64,000 bases of DNA, taken from an uncultured Muribaculaceae bacterium. GTDB taxonomy: Bacteria; Bacillota_I; Bacilli_A; RF39; UBA660. The notes beneath the pieces were generated by a model. The model made no database searches. It saw only the letters and a list, made by a program, of their open reading frames with translations, and was not told where the DNA came from. Below are positions 57,317-64,000 of the stretch, one piece after another. The position numbers and the translations under genes were made by a program. The stretch covers positions 17,197 to 81,196 of the forward strand of contig CAYURI010000002.1 of assembly GCA_964447275.1 (NCBI GenBank), in the 5' to 3' direction. Each line of letters starts with the position of its first letter. Positions within the stretch are counted from its first letter, which is position 1.

Positions 57317-59097
57317 ATTTAAAATCAGAATTAGCCCCAAAGGGGATTGAATTTAGAAGTCAAGAATTCACGATTAGTGGTAAATATGCTGTAATTCTTA
57401 CAGTAGTAGGCTTTCCTAAATCTATTTATCCAGGTTATTTGGCAGAAGTATCTAATTTATCGGGTGTTAAAATAGTAATTAAACATATTCCTATTGAATT
57501 TTCGACATTGTCAAAAATGTTAAATAAAGAGATAGCAGATTTAAAAGTTAGATATCAAAATGAAAATGATAAAACTATTCAAGAAAGAATTAGGCAAGAT
57601 TATGAATCATTAGAAGAATTTATTCAAATGCTTGCTGCTACTCAATCAAGAATATATGACTTCCAAATGCATATTATGATTACTTCTGATACAAAAGAAG
57701 AATTAGAAGTTAAGAAGATGCAATTACGTAACTACTTAGATGCTATGGGTATGAGAGCTATACCATTAATGTTTGAACAAGAAAAAGTACTTAAATCAAT
57801 GGTACCAATATTCCCTAAACAGGATATTGAAAACAGAGTGGGAACACCAATTCCTTCTGTTACAGTAGCAGCAATGTATCCATTTGTCTTTGATAGTATT
57901 AAAGATCCAGGATTGTCTACTTTATTAGGGTTTGACTTCTCTGGTGGTGTAATATTATTTAATCAATTCTTATATCAAATTAAAAAAGAATATAACCGTA
58001 ATAATGCTAATATGATTATTCTTGGTACTAGTGGTAGTGGTAAATCTACAGCTGCTAAATTACTTTTAAGGAACCATATTAGAAATGGTTATCAAATAGT
58101 TGTAATTGACCCTGAAGGCGAATTACAAGAAATGACTAAAACGATGGGTGGTAACTTTATTGATCTAGGTAAGGGTGGAGAATTTGGGATGGTAAACCCT
58201 CTAGAAGTAATAGTTGACGCTGATGAAGAAGAACTAGAACAAGGATTAGGTTACACTATCTTAACAAGGACTTTACAAAGCTTAAAAGCTTTTATGAAAT
58301 ATTACACTCCTTCAATTGAAGAAGATGTTTTAACAATGTTTAGTGAAGTAGTTCAAGATACTTATAAACGTTATAAAATTGATTTTGATACGAACTTCTC
58401 TAAATTTAAACCGGAAGATTTCCCAACATTCAGTGATGTTTATGCAACAATTAAAGGAAGACTTCTAAGTATGCCTGAACATAGTCATGAAAAAGATGTT
58501 ATGGAACGCTTAGAATTAAAGATTAGACCACTTGTTAAAGAATTAAAATATTACTTTGATGGTCATACAACAATTGAAAGTAATACTGAGTTTATCGTAT
58601 TTAATATTAAAGAGTTAATGAACTCTGATGAAAATATTCGTAACGCTTTATTCTTTAATATATTAAAATATGCTTGGGGTTTATGTTTAGATAAATCAAT
58701 TAATACTATTATGATGGTCGATGAAGCGCATGTCTTACTTTCTAGTCGTAATGAACTTGGTGCTGAATTCTTAGCCCAAATTCAAAGACGTAGTCGTAAA
58801 TATAATACGGGGACAATTATGATTACTCAACAACCAACTGATTTCGCAGCACCTAATATTATTGTTCATGGTAAAGCCATCTTTGATAACGCAGCTTATT
58901 ATCTAGTAATGGGACTAAAGAAACAAGCAGTTGAAGATTTATCAAAATTAATTGACTTAAACGACAACGAAAGAGAAAGCATTAAATATTACAGTCAAGG
59001 TCAAGCATTATTTGTTTGTGGTAGTAGAAGAATGAGAATAAATGTCGTATTAACTCAAGAAGAATTAGATTCATTTGGTACAGGTGGCGGATTATAA
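57313..59097 (+). CDS. VirB4/TraE/TcpF-family conjugation-type ATPase (middle and ATPase domains)
   Basis: LAPKGIEFRSQEFTISGKYAVILTVVGFPKSIYPGYL, Walker A NANMIILGTSGSGKSTAAKLL, VIDPEGE, Walker B MMVDEAHVLL, IMITQQPTDF. Confidence 0.8.
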   Translation: MNLKSELAPKGIEFRSQEFTISGKYAVILTVVGFPKSIYPGYLAEVSNLSGVKIVIKHIPIEFSTLSKMLNKEIADLKVRYQNENDKTIQERIRQDYESLEEFIQMLAATQSRIYDFQMHIMITSDTKEELEVKKMQLRNYLDAMGMRAIPLMFEQEKVLKSMVPIFPKQDIENRVGTPIPSVTVAAMYPFVFDSIKDPGLSTLLGFDFSGGVILFNQFLYQIKKEYNRNNANMIILGTSGSGKSTAAKLLLRNHIRNGYQIVVIDPEGELQEMTKTMGGNFIDLGKGGEFGMVNPLEVIVDADEEELEQGLGYTILTRTLQSLKAFMKYYTPSIEEDVLTMFSEVVQDTYKRYKIDFDTNFSKFKPEDFPTFSDVYATIKGRLLSMPEHSHEKDVMERLELKIRPLVKELKYYFDGHTTIESNTEFIVFNIKELMNSDENIRNALFFNILKYAWGLCLDKSINTIMMVDEAHVLLSSRNELGAEFLAQIQRRSRKYNTGTIMITQQPTDFAAPNIIVHGKAIFDNAAYYLVMGLKKQAVEDLSKLIDLNDNERESIKYYSQGQALFVCGSRRMRINVVLTQEELDSFGTGGGL

Positions 59098-59105
59098 AAT
59101 AAACG

Positions 59106-59744
59106 GTGGTGATAGTTTTGGCAGAAACAAATGCAAATAATTTAAATAACGAATCCTTCGATCAAAGTTATGGTCGAAGGGTTTTGCGTGGTGGCAAACA
59201 ATCACAGATAGTTAAATTACCAGGAGCAACAACCGGTAACAGGTTTAATTATTCTAATGCTTTAAGAAGTAATGAAAAAAGAAAAGAAAGCGAAGAATTA
59301 ACAAAAGGAAGCCAAGAGCAAGAGGATGATGGTGAAGGGAATAAGTCTAATTTAGGCTCAAAAGCTCAAGAAGCAGCAGTTGGTATTGCAGCAAAAACTT
59401 TTTTACCACCTGGATTACAAGGAATAGGTAAATCTATTGCTAATAATGTATTAAATAGTAGTGGTGGTGTATCTGAAGCTGCAGAAAAGCTTTTAAAAGC
59501 TAAAAAAATGAAAATCTACTTATATGCTGGAATTGCTTTCTTTTCTTTTATTTTAATAATAGCAATAATATTTGCAGTCTCTTCAACTGGTGGCACTGAA
59601 TCATCTGGAGCTGGATTTAATGAAGTCTCAGAATATGAATTGAACGAGAATTATGATGAGATGCCGGAAGAAGATAATGCAGAAGACTCTAATGTTGAAG
59701 TTGTAGAAAACAGTGAGGTAAATAATAATGAAACAGCACAGTAA
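59106..59744 (+). CDS. Bitopic membrane protein with a polar/acidic C-terminus; possible VirB8-position scaffold (tentative)
   Basis: ORF with GTG/TTG start choices. One TM helix (IYLYAGIAFFSFILIIAIIFAV) near the C-terminal third and an acidic tail. Confidence 0.35.
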   Translation: MVIVLAETNANNLNNESFDQSYGRRVLRGGKQSQIVKLPGATTGNRFNYSNALRSNEKRKESEELTKGSQEQEDDGEGNKSNLGSKAQEAAVGIAAKTFLPPGLQGIGKSIANNVLNSSGGVSEAAEKLLKAKKMKIYLYAGIAFFSFILIIAIIFAVSSTGGTESSGAGFNEVSEYELNENYDEMPEEDNAEDSNVEVVENSEVNNNETAQ

Positions 59745-62700
59745 TAATTTTAAAATTATTAATATAATAGTCATTATTATAGCTTTTATTTCTAGCTTTC
59801 TTTTTAGTGTTGAACAAAACAAAATAAATTATAGTTTTGAAACAGAAGTTAATGTTATTTATAAAAATGCTTCAAATGATATGACTGAAGAAGAAAAAGA
59901 AGAATACTATCAAGACTTTTGGGAAAAAATATTTTATGAAAAAAATATTAAACCAAGTAATAAAAAGTTTTATCGTCGTTTTAATCGAGCTTACTATTGG
60001 TGGCGTTTAAGAGCTGGAGATTCTGTGGATGACCTGGCAGTTTTAGAAGCATCTAAACCGCACTTATTAGCAGCTTTATTTTTAGATTATGCACCTGATA
60101 ACTTTAACAGTGATATTTCTGAGTGGGCAGTTAATGGAGATAAAGACAATATATATATAAATGATGAAGATTTTGCTTATCAAGTCTGTGATAATTATAT
60201 AGATGAAAATGGGGCTTCTGACAATGATAGTAATTGTAGTAGTGGTGGTTTAGAAGACAAAGAATATGCTCCAAAAACAATACTTGATGTTATAGCTCGA
60301 GCCATTTCTGAAGCAATTGCAAAAGCCCAAGAATATTTAGATGATAAAGACACAATAAGAGCACTAGGTAGGCACTTGTTTGTTTACCAGCCAGTTTGTT
60401 ATTTAACAAAAGAATTGGATGATGGTACTACTCAAAAAATACCTTATGAGTATGCTAAAAAATATTCTTTTGATGAGATTTTAGATTTAATTTCTCAAAT
60501 AAAATCTTTAAAAGATATTTTTAGCATTTTCCCTGAATATACTGATTGCGTGGGCCCTGATAGTAAATGGCTAGTAAAAAATGGTGGAGATGCGATTAAG
60601 ACCGAATTTGATTTAGATGATATTGTAGATTTATGTTATTTTTATAAACATTTAGTTGAAAGTGATTATTTTGAAAACCACGTTCATTTTAAAGCTGATT
60701 TTGATAATATAAAAAAATATACTAAAACTGACCAAGAATATTTAGTAGAATCAAGTAAATTAAAAGTTGGTTTGGCTAGGCAAATAATTGATATAGTTGA
60801 TTTAGCAAATGATGATGATCCGGTTTATGATTCAAGTGTTTCAGCAGCTAGTGGAGCTTCTGTTAGCTATAGTTTATCAAAAGATTTGTATATTACACTT
60901 AGTAATAGTAGAAAAGATGATAATGGTAATTTGATAAAAAATGGATCTTATCCAATAGATCAATATGTTGAAGGAGTACTAGATGCTGAAGTTCTTGGGG
61001 TTTTCTATAGTTCTGGAGAATCAGAAGCAACTATATACACAGCTCTTCAAGCTAATGCTATAGCCATAAGAACTTATGCTTTAAAGGTTACAAACGAAGG
61101 CGTAAAATCAATTTCTAATAGTACTGATAATCAAGTTTTTACTGATCAATATTTTAAAGAGACTGGTACAAAATATATGCTGGCTAGAAACGCAGCTTTA
61201 TCTACTACTGGTCAAGTATTGACAGAAAATGGCCAACTTATAAAGTCAGAATATAGCAGTTTTAGTGAATGGACTAATTATTATTGCGAAAATGGGTTAT
61301 GTTATACTTCATACCAAAAAATAGGCTCAAAAAATAGTGGTACTTTTCATACGGTAATTGCCAAAAGTAAATGGGGTTTATCTGGTGGTCACAATCGTGG
61401 AATGAGTCAGTGGGGCTCATTGTATTTAGCAAGTCAGGGGTATACTTATACAGGAATTTTAGAAAACTTTTATGCTGAAAATGTTACTCTTGCTAATTAT
61501 GATTACAGTTATAAATCGACTGATAATGTTACCTTAGGTGAATATGGTGTTAAAGAAGCAATGTTGGTATGTGATTTGTTTACTTCTAGTGAGTACTCTG
61601 ATATTAGAGATTTACTTGGTGATAACGTTACTTTAAAAATACCTCTAAGACTTACAAGTACAAAATATCAATCATCATCAGGTTATAAAGCTTCTAGCGG
61701 CGGAACAAATGGGATTAGTTATAATAGATTTAATGGCGTTCATGGTCAAGTATTTCAGTGTGAATGGAATCCAGAACATACAGCACTTTTATATGCTTGC
61801 AACGGAGATAAAGGGTATATAATTAACAATCAAGACTATAAAAGAAATCAAGAAACAAATCAATACCAAACATATAAAAGGAATTCAGATGGTACATTAG
61901 CCAAAGATAGTGAAGGTAACCAATTATATGTTGAAACAGACAATGCTAGCAAAAGGATTTTGCTTGATGTAAGTGAAGCAAGTCGAGCTGATGTTTATCT
62001 CCCTAGCGCGATAGTATGGCAATATGCACTAAACACGTCTACTATAAAAATACCTACTGAAGGTGGATGGGACGATCACGGATATATCGAGGCGGTTACT
62101 GGGTTTTATCCGCATTATGTAAGTGGTACATTGCCTTCTACCATCACTTATAGGCCAGTAATAAATTATGATGGAACAGCTAAAACCGAGACCATTTCAA
62201 CTGGGTTAACATGTCCTAGTAGTGATTATGAATTAGTTGCTGAAAACTGCTGTTTAGTTACTGATAAAACCCAATGTGAACCTGCTATTGAAGGAACTAC
62301 TGAAAGAGTTGTTTATGAGACAGACAATAAAAAGCCTTCAGCAGATGAGCTATTTGCTTCTAGATATGATACAATGCTAGTCGCTGGTGAAGCTGTAAAT
62401 TTAGAGACAGAATATAATACGATTTTATTTACTGGTGTTATTGATTCAGCTGCAGTTGCTATTACTAGTTCTGACCCATCAAGATTTTGGGATACTGATC
62501 ATGCTGATACAATTTTATATATGTATGTTCCTGATTATAATGATATAGATCCTGAACTTCAGCCATACTTTTCTAATGAGGTAACAAATATTTTGCAGCT
62601 AACCTCAGCTAGCAGGAGTGGCAATATTAGAGATGGAGTAGACTTAGTCGCAGCTAAAGGTGAAACTCCAACAGCTGGTTTTATTAATGTAACAGAGTTT

Positions 62701-63291
62701 TTAGAATCTTTAGGATTTACAAATATTGGTGGAATGGCTAATGGTGCTTGGGATGATCTTGAAGCTCATCACTGGCAACTAGCTTGTGATTATTCTAATT
62801 CTCTTACTTTGGCTGGTATGTCATTGTCTGATTTGGAAAGAGATTACTGTTGTAAAGGGCTATTTCATGAAAATCCTAGTTATGACTCATATGATGCAGG
62901 TACCGGAAGAAGTTATCGTGAAACTTCATCAGATTTAGGTGGATATTTCAGTGATGCTTGGAAAATAGAGTTTTGTAACGAGACTATTGAAGGTGCTAAA
63001 TTAGTTAAAGCAGCTTGTAAAGCAGCATTTGCTGAACAAAGTGCTTGTATATCTCAATGTTATGCAAGTCTTAAAGAAGAAGATGCTTCAGCTTTAGGCT
63101 ATAAATGGAATTCAAAAGGCTATTGGTATAATGCCAAAGGACCAATTTTTGATTCAAATAAAACAGCAGTAGGATGTACATATAATACTGGTGATTTTGG
63201 TGCTACCGTTTCAGAAACTAGAAAAATCGGCCCAGAAGGGGAATGCCCTTGTAGTATATTAGGAAATTCTGGAGGCAGTTCTAATGCTTAA
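59728..63291 (+). CDS. 1187-aa membrane-anchored protein with a SpoIID/LytB-type peptidoglycan-remodelling domain; candidate T4SS-associated cell-wall hydrolase (VirB1 functional analogue)
   Basis: N-terminal TM IINIIVIIIAFISSFLFSV. SpoIID/LytB signatures EVLGVFYSSGESEATIYTALQANAIAIRTYAL, NQVFTDQY, SGGHNRGMSQWGSLYLASQGYTYTGILENFY. Large additional Cys-containing extracellular regions. Confidence 0.6.
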   Translation: MKQHSNNFKIINIIVIIIAFISSFLFSVEQNKINYSFETEVNVIYKNASNDMTEEEKEEYYQDFWEKIFYEKNIKPSNKKFYRRFNRAYYWWRLRAGDSVDDLAVLEASKPHLLAALFLDYAPDNFNSDISEWAVNGDKDNIYINDEDFAYQVCDNYIDENGASDNDSNCSSGGLEDKEYAPKTILDVIARAISEAIAKAQEYLDDKDTIRALGRHLFVYQPVCYLTKELDDGTTQKIPYEYAKKYSFDEILDLISQIKSLKDIFSIFPEYTDCVGPDSKWLVKNGGDAIKTEFDLDDIVDLCYFYKHLVESDYFENHVHFKADFDNIKKYTKTDQEYLVESSKLKVGLARQIIDIVDLANDDDPVYDSSVSAASGASVSYSLSKDLYITLSNSRKDDNGNLIKNGSYPIDQYVEGVLDAEVLGVFYSSGESEATIYTALQANAIAIRTYALKVTNEGVKSISNSTDNQVFTDQYFKETGTKYMLARNAALSTTGQVLTENGQLIKSEYSSFSEWTNYYCENGLCYTSYQKIGSKNSGTFHTVIAKSKWGLSGGHNRGMSQWGSLYLASQGYTYTGILENFYAENVTLANYDYSYKSTDNVTLGEYGVKEAMLVCDLFTSSEYSDIRDLLGDNVTLKIPLRLTSTKYQSSSGYKASSGGTNGISYNRFNGVHGQVFQCEWNPEHTALLYACNGDKGYIINNQDYKRNQETNQYQTYKRNSDGTLAKDSEGNQLYVETDNASKRILLDVSEASRADVYLPSAIVWQYALNTSTIKIPTEGGWDDHGYIEAVTGFYPHYVSGTLPSTITYRPVINYDGTAKTETISTGLTCPSSDYELVAENCCLVTDKTQCEPAIEGTTERVVYETDNKKPSADELFASRYDTMLVAGEAVNLETEYNTILFTGVIDSAAVAITSSDPSRFWDTDHADTILYMYVPDYNDIDPELQPYFSNEVTNILQLTSASRSGNIRDGVDLVAAKGETPTAGFINVTEFLESLGFTNIGGMANGAWDDLEAHHWQLACDYSNSLTLAGMSLSDLERDYCCKGLFHENPSYDSYDAGTGRSYRETSSDLGGYFSDAWKIEFCNETIEGAKLVKAACKAAFAEQSACISQCYASLKEEDASALGYKWNSKGYWYNAKGPIFDSNKTAVGCTYNTGDFGATVSETRKIGPEGECPCSILGNSGGSSNA

Positions 63292-64000
63292 AGGTGAAAA
63301 TATAAAATTATGGTTGTTTATTTTAGTGATTTCAATTGTTGTAGTAGGAGTAACTATTTTCTTTACAAATAAGAAAATTGCTTATGAAAAAAGCAAAGTA
63401 GAGACTTATATAGTTTATAATTATGACTATGCATATTATTATGATAATAAAGTATGGAATAAAATAACTGACATGTCTTTTGTTAATCAAAAAGAATTTA
63501 ATGTTTATAGTAGTAATAGCTATTTTAAGACATTATCAGCAAGTATAAATAAATATACTAGAAAATTAATTTATAATGATGGAACATCTCAATATGCAAA
63601 CTTAATTGGCATAAATAGCAATAAAACAATTTTTATAAGTAAATATAATGTAGAAAATTTATCCAACGAAGATTTAAATTTTGTAAAAAGTTATTTAAGT
63701 AATAAGAAACAGACATATGTAGAAGGTCAAACAGAAGTAATAATGTATAAATTAGATATTGATGCTGATTTAATACTAGAAAAGATATTTCAAATTTATT
63801 ATAAAGTAAACTCTAATTGTTATAATTATATATTAATTAAAGATGGTGAAAATACAGAAGTGGTATTGTCATATTCAGCATTAGAATCAGAAATTAAATA
63901 TAAAAAAGCATCGATTAATTTAATAATTGATGCTGATTTAAATGAAAAGAAAGAGATTTTAATAGTTGAAAAAGGTTATGAATATTCAAAATTATTACTA
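63284..64000 (+). CDS. 5' part of a further membrane-anchored protein. The ORF is open to the window end and is absent from the track because no stop is reached.
   Basis: ATG at 63284 overlaps the previous stop (ATGCTTAA). LWLFILVISIVVVGVTIFF TM. 239 codons in frame to position 64000. Confidence 0.5.
   Translation, partial: MLKGENIKLWLFILVISIVVVGVTIFFTNKKIAYEKSKVETYIVYNYDYAYYYDNKVWNKITDMSFVNQKEFNVYSSNSYFKTLSASINKYTRKLIYNDGTSQYANLIGINSNKTIFISKYNVENLSNEDLNFVKSYLSNKKQTYVEGQTEVIMYKLDIDADLILEKIFQIYYKVNSNCYNYILIKDGENTEVVLSYSALESEIKYKKASINLIIDADLNEKKEILIVEKGYEYSKLLL

Noticed and set aside
1-64000. Possibility that the organism uses genetic code 4 (TGA=Trp), given the Mollicute-like AT-richness
   Set aside because: Tryptophans in conserved positions are encoded by TGG. 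Very long CDS (985-1187 aa) contain no in-frame TGA. The single in-frame TGA in the Nudix gene sits at a position requiring Arg, not Trp.
1-64000. CRISPR arrays, IS elements, integrases, transposases, rRNA genes
   Set aside because: No regularly spaced direct repeats, inverted terminal repeats with transposase ORFs, tyrosine/serine recombinase motifs or rRNA-like conserved stretches were seen on reading the sequence.

Overview
This is an AT-rich window (roughly 27-30% GC by eye) with low-GC Gram-positive character: AGGAGG/AGGTGA ribosome-binding sites and many extended -10 'TGCTATAAT' promoters. It uses the standard genetic code: Trp is encoded by TGG throughout, and CDS of 985-1187 aa (2958-3564 nt) carry no in-frame TGA. 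The first 41 kb mix housekeeping and accessory genes: typA, tRNA-His, folD, tex, a ClpB-D1-like AAA+ protein, two Ppx/GppA-like paralogs bracketing an ABC/FtsX plus PASTA plus membrane-ECF-sigma module, a second MacB-like ABC pair, dinD, a GNAT cluster and a cytidine deaminase. Two NUDIX genes are broken: one by a nonsense codon at the Nudix-box Arg, one by a frameshift in a T-run. An ABC-F/Erm-like pair with a leader region looks like a candidate MLS-type resistance cassette. There is also a higher-GC HipA-like gene and a tandem gene duplication. The most striking part is 41.6 kb to the window end: about 22.5 kb of strictly co-directional, tightly packed genes. This array joins a full Tad/Flp (type IVc) pilus set (CpaB, CpaF/TadA, TadB, TadC, pilin, two TadE-like, TadZ-like) to a Gram-positive-type T4SS core (VirB6-like, VirB3-like, VirB4 encoded as two overlapping ORFs, and a 1187-aa SpoIID-domain cell-wall hydrolase). 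It also carries several large Cys-rich secreted proteins, including three paralogs that share a conserved C-terminal helix-loop-helix membrane module. No relaxase, VirD4, integrase/transposase, prepilin peptidase or CRISPR was seen in the window. All calls rest on reading the sequence and translations by eye; no searches were run.
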